Under the pieces are notes generated by a model that saw only the letters and a program-made list of their open reading frames with translations, made no database searches and was not told where the DNA came from. Shown here piece after piece: positions 1-17,838 of a DNA stretch of 64,000 nt. The stretch lies in assembly GCF_016432865.1 (NCBI RefSeq), contig NC_067400.1, forward strand, positions 618,760,001 to 618,824,000. The letters are read 5' to 3'. The translations under genes and the position numbers were made by a program. Numbering within the stretch: position 1 is the first letter of the stretch; the number at the start of each line of letters is the position of its first letter. The DNA comes from Antechinus flavipes. Lineage: Eukaryota.

Positions 1-1400
1 CTTATACACTCACACTCTCACACACATACACACTCACACACACACACTCATTCACACTCACACACTTATTCACATACACACAGTCACACACTTATACACT
101 CACACTTATTCACACACACTCACACGCTTATACTCACACACACACTCACTTATTCTCACACACACTCACACTCACTCACACACTTATACACTCACACTCT
201 CACACACGCTCACACACCCTTATTCTCACACACACTCACACACTTATTCTCACACACACACTCACACACACGTATACACACATACTCACTCACACACTTA
301 TACACTCACACACACATACACACACACACACTCACTCACACACTTATACACTCACCCACACACATTTATACACACACACACACTCACTTACATGCTTATA
401 CACTCACTCACACACTCACATTCTCACACTCTCTCACACACATACACACTCACACACATACTCATTCACACTCACACACTTATTCACATACACAGTCACA
501 CACTTATACACTCACACTTATTCACACACACTCACACGCTTATACACTCACACACACACTCACTTATTCTCACACACACTCACACTCACTCACACACTTA
601 TACACTCACACTCTCACACACGCTCACACACCCTTATTCTCACACACTCACACACTTATTCTCACACACACTCACACACACGTATACACACATACTCNNN
701 NNNNNNNNNNNNNNNNNNNNNNNNNNNNNNNNNNNNNNNNNNNNNNNNNNNNNNNNNNNNNNNNNNNNNNNNNNNNNNNNNNNNNNNNNNNNNNNNNNNN
801 NNNNNNNNNNNNNNNNNNNNNNNNNNNNNNNNNNNNNNNNNNNNNNNNNNNNNNNNNNNNNNNNNNNNNNNNNNNNNNNNNNNNNNNNNNNNNNNNNNNN
901 NNNNNNNNNNNACACTTATTCTCACACACACTCACACACATTTATACACACATACTCACTCACACACTTATACACTCACACACCCTTATTCACACANNNN
1001 NNNNNNNNNNNNNNNNNNNNNNNNNNNNNNNNNNNNNNNNNNNNNNNNNNNNNNNNNNNNNNNNNNNNNNNNNNNNNNNNNNNNNNNNNNNNNNNNNNNN
1101 NNNNNNNNNNNNNNNNNNNNNNNNNNCACACTTATACACTCACACACATACACTCACACACACACTCACTCACACACTTATACACACACACACTCACACT
1201 CACACACACACACTTATNNNNNNNNNNNNNNNNNNNNNNNNNNNNNNNNNNNNNNNNNNNNNNNNNNNNNNNNNNNNNNNNNNNNNNNNNNNNNNNNNNN
1301 NNNNNNNNNNNNNNNNNNNNNNNNNNNNNNNNNNNNNNNNNNNNNNNNNNNNNNNNNNNNNNNNNNNNNNNNNNNNNNNNNTTATTCACACTCTCTCACA
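1..1400. repeat. CA/CACT-rich low-complexity microsatellite interrupted by N gaps (698-911, 997-1126, 1218-1381)
   Basis: Almost only C, A and T in (CA)n, CACT and CTTAT units. Blocks at ~40-300 recur at ~455-697 next to the gaps. Confidence 0.95.
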
Positions 1401-2254
1401 CCCCTTCAGGCCTCTGGAGGAGAAGCCAGCCCTGCAGCCCCCCTCCCCCTGGGGGCCCTCGGGTTCCAGCTCAGGAGGGAGCCCGGGGCCAGGCAGGGAC
1501 AGAGCAGAGAAGGCCCAGGACACGCCGGGACAGACGGCCCGGCCTCACCCACACTTCCTGAACGTTCACTTGGGCCCGCCCCCTTCTGAACTGTCTTTAA
1601 AAAAATAAAAATAAAAACTTGACTGTGGCCTGGAAGCAGCGGGCAGGGCCTCGGGAAGCATCCCGGGAGGGCAGGGCGCTGCCCCGGGCCCCGGCCCCCT
1701 CTGGCCGCCGAGGCCTTCTCCGCTCTTCCCCTTCTCCTCGCCGGGATCTCGGGGTCTGTCCTGAGGCCCCGGGGAAGTCCCCCCTCTCCCAAGCCACCAC
1801 CTTCCCCTGGGTGCAGCTCAGGCCTGGGGAGGAAGCAGGTGGGGCGAGGCCGGGCCGCCCTTGTGGGGGGCACTGGCCCTTTTGCCCCCCGGGGGCTCTG
1901 CCCCCCGCCTCCCTGACGCCTCCTCGCTCCGTCCCGGCCAGGCCCGGGCCCTCTCCGGGTCCTCCCCCTCAGGTCTCTGCTCTGTCTTGTGGCGCCCTCT
2001 CACCCCTGGACTCGCCACTCTGCCCACTCCCGCCGCCCCCGGCCCCTCCCCTCGGTCACTTCCTCTCCTGTTGACGCCCCCTTCTCCATCCTCTCTTCAG
2101 CCTCCCACCTTGTCTCCCCCTTCCTTTAGGTATCCCCACCTGGCTCTCCTTCCCCCCCCAATCCGCTTTCCCATGGATCCTCATGACCCCAGGGTCATCT
2201 AAATTCTCCCATTTTCAGCTGGGTTATCTCTTCCCTCCTCTCTGTCCTCCTGGG

Positions 2255-2800
2255 TCCCCTCTCCCTGCAGCCCCCTCCCATCCCTGCAGCCCCTTCCCCA
2301 CCCGGGGATGCCCTCTCCCTGCAGCCCCTTCTCACCCCTGAGTGCCCTCCCTCCCTGCAGCCTCTTCCTCAGCCCTCCTCCCACCCCGGGTGCCTCTCCC
2401 TGCAGCCCCCTCCCCATCCCTCAGCCCTTTCCTCCGCTGAGAACTGTCTCCCTGCAGCCTCTCCCCGCCCCTTCACCCCCTCCCATCCCTGGGTGTCCCC
2501 TTCCTGCAGCCCTCCCACCCTTGGGTGCTCTCCCCTTGCAGCCCCCTCCCACCCCTGGGTTCTTGCTCCCTGCAGCCCCCTTCCCCACCCCTGAGTTCCC
2601 AATCTCTGCAGTCCCTTTTCCTACCCCTGAGTCCCCCTTCCTACAGCAGCCCCCTCCCCATCCCTTGGTCCCCTCTGCCTGCAGCCCCCTTTCCTACCCC
2701 TGAGTGCTCTCTCTCTGCAGCCCCCTCCTTATCCCTGAGCAAGCCCCTCTTTGCAGTCCCCTCCCCACCCCTGATCCTCTCTCCCTGCGGCAACCCCCTC
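2255..2800. repeat. Degenerate C-rich minisatellite (core CTCCCTGCAGCCCC, ~30-35 bp spacing)
   Basis: More than 12 recurrences of (C/T)CCTGCAGCC(C/T)C followed by CCCA(C/T)CCC. Confidence 0.8.
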
Positions 2801-4110
2801 CTCACTCAGCCCCCCATGTCATCCGCGCCCCCCGCCGCAGCTCGCCCCGTCACCTGGGCGGGGGTCCGGGCTGGACTCCCTGGGCTCCGCGGGGCCAGGC
2901 TGGGCCGGGCCGGGTCGGGCTGGGCAGGGCCGGGTTGGGCTGGCTGGGCTCGGTTCGGCTTGCCTCGGCCCGTTCCCTCCTCCCTCCCTCCCTCCCGCCC
3001 CCCCTCCGGTTCCTCTGTCCCCCTCTCCCTGCTCCCCCCGTTTTTGTTTTTTTTTTTTTTTTACTCCAACACACAAAATGGTGAATGGACCTGCAACAGC
3101 TGGCAGCGCTGGCCAATCGGCGGCCACAACCCCGCTGACCGGCGCCGGGCAAGACCAATGAACGCCAGCCGCCCCGCCGGCCCCGCCCCCAGCAGGGCCG
3201 CCGTCAATCGCGGCCGCCGCCTCAGACCCGCCCCATCCCCGGCCCGAGCGACGGCGGATTCCGCCAATCGCAGCAGCTGAGCTTGCTGCCCCGCCCCCAA
3301 TCCTCGGAGTGACGTCAACTTTACACCGCCTTCTCGCCTCCCCCCATACAGTAACCAGCGGATGGTCGATCGACCCCCGTGCGGGACAGTAGCCAATGAT
3401 CACGCAGAGGTGGGGCTCAGGTAGAAGTCGACCAATGGAAATCTCGAGAAGGCGTGGCTCCGGAAGCTTGTTGCCGGGCCGGCCGCACTATGCCTCCTGG
3501 GAGTTGTAGTCCACCACGGCGGCCTGCGCGTACATGGCAGCTGGGTCTGGACTACAATTCCCATCAGGCAGCGCGGTGCGGGCTCGGAGGAGCCGGGCTG
3601 AGGGAGGGAGAACGAGGGGAGGGGAAGAAGACCGGGGAGGGGAATGGGGAAAGAATCCGAAAGAACAGTTCCCGATGCTGGCTCTGCCGGACGCAGGCTC
3701 CCTAGACTCACCCGATTTTCCGGCTTCGGCGTCGCCCGGCGGCTCCTTTCCGCGGCGGCGGCGGCGGCGGCGGCGCGAGGGGAGGCGCGAGGACGCGGCC
3801 AACCAACCGCCGCCCGCGAGCTGCCGCGACCAATCAGCGACGGAGAGGCGGTGCAATGACCTCACCGTGTTCGTCGCTGCAGACCCCGCCCCCTCGAGGC
3901 GGCTGTGGCGACCGAGAGTGGGGAAGTTCCAAGAGGAGGGGAGGAGAGAGAAAAAGGTGATGTCATCTTTCTGCCTTCCCATTGGCTACGAGGCCCCTCG
4001 ACGGGAGCCAATCCACGGTCTCGAAAGAGCAGCGCGCCCGCGCAGAGGGCCCTGTTGCCACCAGGAGGGGAGATGGGGAGAGAGGGAAATAGAGGCTACG
4101 CATGCGTACT
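2800..4110 (-). promoter_or_regulatory. CpG-island promoter, probably the upstream non-coding start of CIC, head-to-head with ERF
   Basis: Dense CpG. Nine CCAAT boxes (3113, 3155, 3264, 3297, 3393, 3432, 3830, 3981 reverse, 4007), a perfect CRE TGACGTCA (3310-3317), two ACTACAnnTCCCA motifs (3498-3510 on -, 3551-3563 on +) and a minus-strand donor CAG|GTGAC at 2854/2853. The CIC assignment rests only on human synteny; no CIC coding sequence is in the window. Confidence 0.5.
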
Positions 4111-4249
4111 AAGTTGGGGGGGGGCAGGGAAACTGTTCTTTCCCTCCCTCTTCTCCCCGCCTCCAGAGGATCCTGCAGATTCCCACTCTTTCCACCTTTG
4201 ACCCTGAAAGGAAGAAGTCCGAATGTGGTAGAGCTACCAGGCAGCCCCG

Positions 4250-7070
4250 TCCCTGGTGTTTCACATTGTGCTCTACTGGGGGGTGGGGCTTGGGGTGTTC
4301 ACACTCTGCATGGGGACATCTCCTTCTTGGAGTGGAATTCTTGACCTTTCACTGGTTTAGCGAACTGCAGGTTTGGGACTTTAAAGGTCTTACTTAGTGA
4401 CCCAGAGTTTTAGGGTCAAGGGTCCTATAGAACGAGGTCATCCTCAACTTCCTGGGAATGCCCTTCTAGAACGTGTCACGTGATCCTTGGGATGCCCAGT
4501 GTCTCTGGGGAATCCCACCCCGGCTCTGTTCACACTGTGGGGGGGGGGGGGAATCACGCCTCCTGGAGCATCTTGTTCAGGGGGAAAGGATATGAAACTG
4601 ACCCCAAGCTTCCGGATCCATTCCCACAGTCACTTCCGCCCAAGAGGAATCACACTGGGGAATGGGGGGAGGGGTCTTCTGATATTTATGGGGAGTCACA
4701 GTATCCCTGGAGGGGTCTGCTATTCACCAGGTGAGAATGTCTAAGGGAATTTAGGCTTTTCATGGAAAGTTCCCACTATCCATTGGGAATTAAAGGTGCC
4801 AGCGGTTTTATGCTGCCTGGAATCACTTTGCCTTCAAGGTGTCAATCTGACCTTCCATTGGACAGTCACACTGTTCTTGGGGGACTCGAAGGGTTGAGAG
4901 CAGCTGGGCCGTCCAGAGTCCCAGTCACCCCGTCTCGGGCGGTCATATTGGCCCTGGTGTATTCAGGTTTTCCACGTGGCGCAGAATTCCTTTGGGGCTT
5001 CATTCTGTCCATCGGAGCTTCCCGCTCTCCATTGGGGGTGGGTAATAGTGTACGCGGGGAATCAGACTTGGGTAGGATCAGACTTGCATGATGTTAACTG
5101 GTTCAAACTCACGAATCAATGGGATGCTCGTTATTCATAGAGGTCCCACTGATCATCGGAGGCCCCTTCTGCCCGTGAGAGGTGTCGGCCGCACTTTTAA
5201 GTTCTAAGGAGCAGCGTCTCACCGGCTCGGTACCTCATCACCCCCACCTCCTGCTCTCATTATGGGTTCAAACTGTCCATCGAGTCTATGCATTGTCAGT
5301 AAGAGGCTCAGTCCCAATCCATTTTTTAAGAAAAACATTAAACTTCTTCACTGTTCAAGACACTCTTTTGGTTTGGCTGTACTGCATTTCACAGAGCCTA
5401 CGTGGGTTCATAGCGTTCCTGGAAGACATTGATTATAGTGCCCATGTGGGGGGAGTCTTCAACCCTTGCATGGAAATCACCTTCTGCTTGATATTATACA
5501 GGTGATGAATGGGTCACCCATCATGAGAATTACATTGTCTGGGGCCTAATTTGGTCGGATGGAAGTGTGCATTTGTGTGAATACACACTGGAAGTGGGTC
5601 ACACTTTTTTTTTAACTTTTACAATTTGTGATGAGAGATGAGAGGAGAACACTCCTCGTTCACAAGCAATTTGCATTACGGTGGAAGTGTGAACACTTAC
5701 TTAAGGGAAGTTATACTAGACCCCATGTAATTTCCCAGGTTCTGATGGTCTGTAAACAGAGGGTAACCTCAGAGCATCATAGAGCTATGAAGTATTAGTC
5801 ACAGACTCACAGAATTTCATTGGCTCTCTAGACCACGCCCAGAAATGATCCCTTCTGAGACCCAATGGCCAACAGAAGTGATCAACTGGCCTCTGCTCAC
5901 AGACCCATGAAGGGAAGCCCACCATCCCTTGAGACTACTTTCAGACCGCGGGATTGGGCAATATCACACTATCCATGATATTAAACTCATCCTTCTATGA
6001 GGTACTCGTAGTCCATGAAAGGTCACCCTGATCATAGGGATTTACATAGTTGGTAAGAGGATCCCTGTACCCATACGGGATTGTTCAAAGTTTCCCTGTA
6101 TGTTCTGTCTAAAATTCCCTCTTATTTTCCACAACCTGTGCCTGGTTCTGTCCTCTGCAGTCAGTCGGAACAAAAATAAATCATCTCGGCACCCCCAGCC
6201 CCCCAAAGCCTGCCAGATACACGAAGGCAAAGCTCCCAAGTCTTCGGGCATACATTTTACAGGGAGGGGAAACGTGGTGGAGTGGTGTTATAAAGTCTTT
6301 GGGGGGGGGTGCCGTTTGTTGGGTACAAGAGATAACATCTCTGTGGGAGCCTGTCTACGGCTTCTGGTGTCCGTGGGATGTTACAATGTGAATCCACCAT
6401 GCACTCTGGTTGTGGGCTGTGTGTACTGTCCAAGAGGGAGGCAGTGGATACTGTCCCTGAGGTTTGACTTTGTCACTCAGGGTGTTACATTTTCCACTGG
6501 GGAAGAAACAGTGTCCAAAGGAGTTCATGTTTTTAGTGGAGGAGTCTTATCTTCCACAAAGCGGAGGCATTAGACTGTCGTACTATCCCTGGGACCCACA
6601 ATTCCTTTAAAGGCATTGCTCGGTCCCCAGAATTTTAAAGTATCCGTGGGATTGCTATCTGGGGGCTCCGATTGCCCCCCTCCCCCTCCCCAGGGAAGAA
6701 GAGCCAGGATCATTGGTTTCCTGGAGCATTCAGAATGTGGGAAGCTTTCATTGTCCCTGAGAGAAGTTTTTTATCCTTAAAGAGTTTTACACTCTGGGAG
6801 GGGACGGGCTGCTCTCTCCCTGAAGGCCTCATCCTTTCAGAGTCCGTACTACCCGTGGGGAGCAGCCATACTTTTCATGGAGAATTTATTAAGTCCTGAA
6901 GTTTGGGGGGGGCAGTGTGATACTTATGTGGAGAATTGCACTCCCCTTGGATATTCCAATGCTGGGGGTGGGGTGGAGAAGGGTGGACTATATATGTGGC
7001 CAGTCCAAACCACCCTGTAGTCCACAACAGTTATTAGGGTTGTCCCCCCGCATGAAGAATGGACTCAACT
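4250..7070. repeat. Highly degenerate ~18-20-bp tandem array (consensus ~GGAATCACACTRTCCATG)
   Basis: Recurring units such as GTTCACACTCTGCATGG (~4298), GAGTCACAGTATCCCTGG (~4693), GTTCAAACTGTCCATCG (~5266) and ATATCACACTATCCATG (~5961), with ~18-22-nt spacing where countable. Judged by eye. Confidence 0.5.
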
Positions 7071-9094
7071 TTAAAAAGAAAAAAGGGGTCAGTTGATTGC
7101 TCCAGAGGATCATGGTCAAGGAGATTCCAATAGACCATCCGCACTCACGCTGGTCTATTAAGGTGGATACTGTGTAGGTTGAGAGACACGTGTGTGTGTG
7201 TGCACACGCGTGTACATATGCCTTCCACTATATGCCAGGCCCTGGAGATAGATGGGAAGCGAAAATGGAACATTTGACATCACATGGGGAGGAAGCACGA
7301 AGCAGGAGTAAGATAGGCTCGGAGGAGGACGCACAGGATCCGGAAAGCCCCGGGCTGCTGGGCTTGAGAGGGATTCCTGCACTAATTTTGCTCTGGTACC
7401 GGCCATGGGTCGGGGCTGAGGGGAGGGCCAGGCTCTCCAGGCTTGGGTTTCCTAGCTGTACCGTGGGGACAGTAATACCATGTGGTGTCCATCCAGCAGG
7501 GCTGAGGGGAGACTCGAATGAGACAGGGACGGGATGCGAGAGGCTTAGAAGGTGGCTTCTTGTTCTGTTAGCTCTCCTGATCCCCTCTGACTGCTCCCCA
7601 AGCGTCTCTCCTCCTCTGTACCGGCCCATCTCTCTGCTTTCTGGGCCCTGGTTTCTTGGTCTTTCTCTGGCCCCGAGGATGTCTTCATGCATCCTCCAGG
7701 CCTCGGCCAACATCCCGGCTCCCAGAGGAAGCCTTGGTCCTTGTGCTCTGATTCCAGAGCCGCGGGTGACCATCAAGGCCGCCCTTTGGCCCTCTTTGTC
7801 CAGCCCTTAGCAAGTGCCTGGCGCACAGTAGGCCCACGAGTGCGTGTGCACTGGCGCCGCCCAGGGCCGTCTCTGGGTCTGCCTTTCCTGGTTCCGGTCG
7901 CTTCTGGAGCATCTTCCTTTACCCGGGTCTGGCCGCCCTGTCCCTTCCTTTCCCTGCGAGTCTCTGCCTTCTCTGTGCCTGGGGCCCCAGCCCCCCAGCT
8001 CCCTCTGGGGGCCGTGTCTCTCGCCTGCCCGCCTCGGTAGCCTCTCTCTGATTTCCTGCCTTGTGGGGGCCAAGCAAGGTGGCTCTGGCTGCTTTTCCTC
8101 CCTTCACCCCCACGGTGGGGCCTGCTCTCCCTCTCGGCCATTCCCTAACTTGGTTCGAGCCTCTACCGCCCGGGGCCCCGAGTCCAGACCTGCCTCAAGA
8201 AACACGCCCCCCGCTCCTTCCGCAGAGACCCAGGCATCCCGATTCCCGGCCCCTCAGGCTGTCGCTGCCATCCGAGATAACGGCTTTCCAAAAGTCCCTT
8301 CCTCACATTGTCTCTCCTAAGCCCCAAGAAACCCTTGATAAAGTGTTTGTCTTTGCTCTTTAAGAGATAGCCAAATGACTGTTCCTTTTAATCCAGTTGG
8401 CCTTGTTAATAAGATGATTCAATTGCCCCCCCCCAAAAAAATCCCTTTTTTGGGGAATCAGGGATTTCCCACTGCTTGTCAGCTCTCCAGATTGTTGGAT
8501 GCCCGAGTCTCTCAGAACCAGTCGTCCCGGCTTCTGCTGCTTCCCTTCCCCAGGACCCATATCCAGATCCTCCCCTTCCCTACCCTGCTTCCTTTCAGGG
8601 ACCCCCCAGCCTTGCTTTTGAGTCTCCTGGAGACCCATGTGTCCGTACCGCACTCTTCCAGGGACCCAAGCACCTGGGCCCCCAGTCCTTCCTTTCCTCT
8701 GGCCCAATCCCCCACCCACCATCCAGCTGCTCTGGCTCCGGGGTCCGGAGCCGCCCCCTCTCGGCAACAGCTGCAGGCCCGGGCCGGATGCCTCTGAATG
8801 TGGCTTTACAATGACCTCTCTGGTCACTTCCTTCCCCACACAGATGCCCTGCCACCCCCCTTAGAGAGCTTGGCCAGGATGGGTCGAGTGCCCCATCCAA
8901 GGTGGAAGGAGGGGAAGAGCAGCCGCCTCCCCCAGGTTCCGACCCTGGCCTGGGTCCCAGGCCTCCCACTCTGGCCTCCCCCCAGCTGTCTGGAAGTTCA
9001 GTTTGGGAGGGGGAGGGGGCTCTCATGCCTTTGATTCAGAAGAAAAAGTCCTTGCATCCTCTGCCTAAGAGATGGATGCATGGGTGTGGATACC

Positions 9095-9200
9095 AACTTA
9101 GCAAAGGGACCTTTTCCTCCCTGGGCCTCAGTAGTTCCATCTGCAAAACGAGGGCCTTGGGTGGGATGTTCCCCAAGATCCCTCCCAAATCGTAGATTCC
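9095..9200 (+). mobile_element. MIR/CORE-SINE fragment
   Basis: CORE-like CTGGGCCTCAGTAGTTCCATCTGCAAAACGAGG followed by a MIR3-like tail. Confidence 0.55.
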
Positions 9201-9214
9201 CAACTTCACTGCCC

Positions 9215-9395
9215 CTTTAGCTCTGATATTCCCTGCCCCAGCCCCACCCCTACCTCCCCCCAGCCCTGATATTCCTTGTGCTAAGGCCCCTCCCAGCTCT
9301 GACCTTTCCTGTTCTAAGGGCCCTCCCAGTTCTGACTTTCCCTGTTTTAAGGCCTTCCCAGCTCTGTCCTTGCATGTTCTAAGGCCCCCCTGCAG
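9215..9395 (-). repeat. Degenerate copy of the 33-bp minisatellite family
   Basis: Units such as CTGACCTTTCCTGTTCTAAGGGCCCTCCCAGTT, matching the arrays at 53.3 kb and 61.8 kb. Confidence 0.75.
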
Positions 9396-10479
9396 CTCCT
9401 GCAATCTGTTTTTCAAATGTTTTTTAGGTTATACACTACATTCATTTTTTATATATTTCCATATGAGTCATGTTGGGAGAGAAGAATCAGAACAAAAGGG
9501 AAAAACCGCAAGAAAAAAAAAAAAGAAAAAAAGGTGGAAATAGTCAGGTTCCGAATCCAGTCCCTGTCGTTCAGGCTCTGCCCTTTCCAGCCCGGGCTTC
9601 TGGGCATTGCCTGGGGCTGCTGAGAAGGGCAGCTCCCTCGGAGCGGGTCACTCCTGACCTCGCTGTCGCTGCTACAATGTTCTGGTTCTGCATCAGTTCG
9701 TGGCGATCTTTCGGGGCTTTTCTGAAACCGGGCCGCCGGGCCGTTCTCACTAGAACAATCGCGTTGGCGACTTCCGCCGTTGCCCACCCGAGGGGCGGCC
9801 TTCCCGCCACCTGGGTCCCGACTGCCTGGGCCCTGTTGTAAGGGCCCCCACTGGCCCAGCTCCCGGGTGGAGATCTCCTCCGGTTCTCCCCGGCCCTGAC
9901 AGTCTGTGTTCCAGGGGTCTAGGCTCCGCCGCAGTTTAAAGCCCCTCCCGTGAAGGGCCTGGGGAGTCCGTGTTCTAAGGTTATTCCCATTCTACAGAGG
10001 AGACTGTGGAGGCCTAGAAGGGGAAGGGACTTTGCTCCTTGTCTCAGACGCGGCTTGGACCTCTGACCCCAGGCCGGGGATCTCCTGGGCCCCGGGGGCA
10101 TGAGCTAGGCGGGACACCAGAGGGGCTTGCTGGAGGTGCAGGGGCTGGCCCCGGGCTTCTGTCAGGTGGGGGCCTTCCCATCTCCGGTTACAGGGAGGCG
10201 AGTCTCCCGATCGGCTCAAGGTCATCCAGCAGGAGGGCGGCGGAGCCGCACTAGAATCCAGGACTTCGGCCTCGCAGGGCCGGGGACTAGTGAGCCTGAT
10301 CCTTCAGCAGCCCCGCGGGGAGGGGGACAGCAGGGGACGACCAAGAAGTTCTCAGCGAGCCTGCCCGACTGGGCCCGGGGAGGGGGGTATTGGGGGGCTG
10401 GGGGCGCGGTGGGGGGACCCTGCCCTTCCTCCCTCTATTCGGTTTCTTTAAGCACCGCCCCCCAGCTCTCTCGGGGCTC

Positions 10480-10804
10480 AAGCTATACCCCCTTCCCCCC
10501 GCCCGCGCGGGCGCGCGCGTGTCTGGGTGTGAGTATTGGGAGGAGGGAATGGGGGGAGGGGGAGGGGCGGGCGCAGCGTCTCCATGGCGACGCGGCGGTG
10601 ACGTCGCCGCCCGGGGGGCGTGGGCGTCCCGGGCCCGAGTGCGATATTAACCCGGGAGGCGGCGGGCGGGGAAGGGGAGAGGCAAGGAGGCCGGGGAGCC
10701 GTGCGGGACGGGGAGCCCGGGCTGGGGCCGGGGAGCCGCGGCGCGGCCAGCACCCGGACCCGGGACTGCCTCCCCGCCACCCCCTCCCCAGCTGCCCCCC
10801 AGCC
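10480..10804 (+). promoter_or_regulatory. ERF: ERF CpG-island promoter and 5' UTR
   Basis: CpG island just upstream of the ATG, with CRE-like GGTGACGTCG (~10598), GC boxes and an AT patch GATATTAA (~10642). Confidence 0.7.
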
Positions 10805-15545
<4,741 letters not shown>

Positions 15546-16371
15546 GGGGCGCCCGCGCCCCCGCCCCGCCCCCACTTCTGCTGCCTTAATTCTGCCCCCC
15601 CGGAGGCCGGCCGGCGGGGGAGGGGAGCAGCCAGCTCTTGGGGATCCCTCCCCCAGGCCGGGGCCCTCGCGGGGCCCCTCTTCTGGACCCTTGCCTGCTT
15701 CCTCCTGCCCTCTCCCCTTTTGTATAAAACTTTGGTTTTCTCTTTTTTTAAAAAAAAAATTGGGTGGGAGGGGGGGATCCCAGAGCCTCCATCTCTGTAT
15801 TTAGGCCCTGGGGAGGGGGGGGGGTCATGTTTCAGGGGAGGGGGCTGACCTCTCCGGGGCAGTTTTTATTGGAAGCGAGGTTCCCGTCCCCTGATTCAGA
15901 AGTGCACAGGAATTAAATAACTACAGCTTAGGAAACGAAGCCTTGATCCCCCCTTGGGGCCATAGCACAGTCTCCGTCCCCCTCCCCAGCCTTCTTGCCC
16001 TCCCTTCCCTGCTCCCCTTCGGGTCGGGCGGGGGTCAGTGTCCGGGGCCGGCCTTGCCCACCAGGTCTGGGGGTGGGGGAGGGGAGGGGACAACTTTGTA
16101 CTTAACCAAAAACTTCTTGGGGTGGGGAGGGAGGTGGCGCTGCCCTCCTGGGGGCCACAAGTCTCTCTCTCTCTCTACAAGTGCCTACTGCCCCCTCCCT
16201 CTTGCCCTCCCCTCCCTCGCCCCTCCTGTCCTCCCGCAAGCTCTCCCCGGGGGGAGGGGGGCCCCAAACCAAACAGAACTGGAACTCTGGGGGGTGGGGG
16301 GACGCAATCAGCCTTATTCTGTATAGCAGGGGTGGGGGCGGGGGGAGGGACCTGGAGAATGTATCAGAGAC

Positions 16372-16377
16372 AATAAA
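16372..16377 (+). terminator. ERF: Probable ERF polyadenylation signal
   Basis: First AATAAA after the stop, ~830 nt downstream, followed by T/GT-rich sequence. Confidence 0.7.
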
Positions 16378-17838
16378 ATTTTGGGATCTTTACCCAGCGT
16401 GTGGCTGCCTCCGTCCCCCCCCCCCAGGAACATTAAATGGGGTTCTGATGTCCGAGAGGCGCTGGCTGCTGCCCAGTCCTGGGGGGAACCTGGAGCCTCC
16501 GGCCAGAGCGCCCTGGAGGCCGCCCCCACCCAGCAGGGGGCTCCAGAGAGGGCCTTTGTCAGCAGCCCCTTTCCCTGGGCCTGGGAGAGGGCAGGGCAGG
16601 GAACGGCACTTTCTGCAGGGGGGCCTGTTTGGGGGGCTCCGGCCCTGGGCATTCCCCTCCCCCCAACGGCCCTTTTTCAGAGGCCTTCCCCTGCTGTGTG
16701 CCCCTCCCTGGCGGGAGAGTCACTGACCAAAGAGTACTTTGTGAGGCTGGGGGTTGGCGGCACCGGCTGCCAGAGACTAGGTTAAGTCCCTCGCCCAGGG
16801 TCTCACGGCCGAATCAGGCTACCTGCGGGCACCTGGTCTCAAACCCCGACTAATGTTCCTATGGGCAAATCCCTTTCCGTTCTGGGTCTGTTTTCTCATC
16901 TAAAAATGGGCACCGTTGCATCACCTATTATACTCAGTTCTTGGAGGGAGAAGCCAGGACCCTCGGAGTCCCGGGGAGGGGGCTTGAGCCTCGGACCCTT
17001 GCACTGGCTTCCTTGGACTCGGGCTCACTAGGAGGCGAGCTTAGTAGAAGCTTAATAAACCATCAGCCTCCTAATATTCGGTGACATGCTAGGGAAGGTG
17101 ATCAGGGAGGAGAGGACGGGGACATGCTGCACAAATAAGGGAAACCAAGTGTCAGAGGTGGGGAAGGGAGCTGGCTGAGGGAGGAAACTGAGGCAGAAGA
17201 AGGCTGGCTGGGCCCCTGCAGTCTCCTGGGTGATGTAAGTCACTCCCTGGGGTGGGGGCCGCTGGGGGTGGAGGCGCCGGGCTATTTCAGGAAGTTGTTG
17301 CCAGGCAACACAGATGCTGCTGGGAGGGTGGCGGTGGTGGGGAGGGGGGGAGAGAAGAGAAGGAAGGATGTCATCACCTCCAGGAGGGGGCTGGGACCCT
17401 GCAAGGGTGGAGACCCTGGTTCCCCCCAATTCTCAGCCTCCCTTGAAGAATGGATTTGCTCAGTAGTCCAGAGGCAGCCCCAAGGGATCCCCTTAGCCTC
17501 TCCCTGGGATGGTGCTGGCTCTGGCCGGGACCCTAAAAGGAAGGGGTGACCCCTTTACGGTTCCACAAATCTGATCTTGAAGCATCCTTTCAGTTGCACT
17601 TTCTATGCCCTTCAGGGAGCCTCGGTCTCCACGCCTTTACCCATCCTGCCTCCCGGCCCCCATCTCACTTAGTACCTCTCTCCTCACTGGCTCCTCCCTC
17701 CTTATATAAACCCCATCCCTTTTTGAACTTCTGTCCTGATTGTCTTAGAACCAAGTATCCTTTTAAACAGTCTGTTCCATGCCCTTTAAACATGTCCTTG
17801 GCCCTTCCCCCCGAGGCAAGTATCCCCTCTTTGCCAAA

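Noticed and set aside
40-697. ~415-bp duplication in the CA tract
   Set aside because: Low complexity and next to gaps; likely an assembly artefact.
392-1561. 389-aa His/Thr-rich ORF
   Set aside because: Translation of a (CA)n microsatellite across N gaps.
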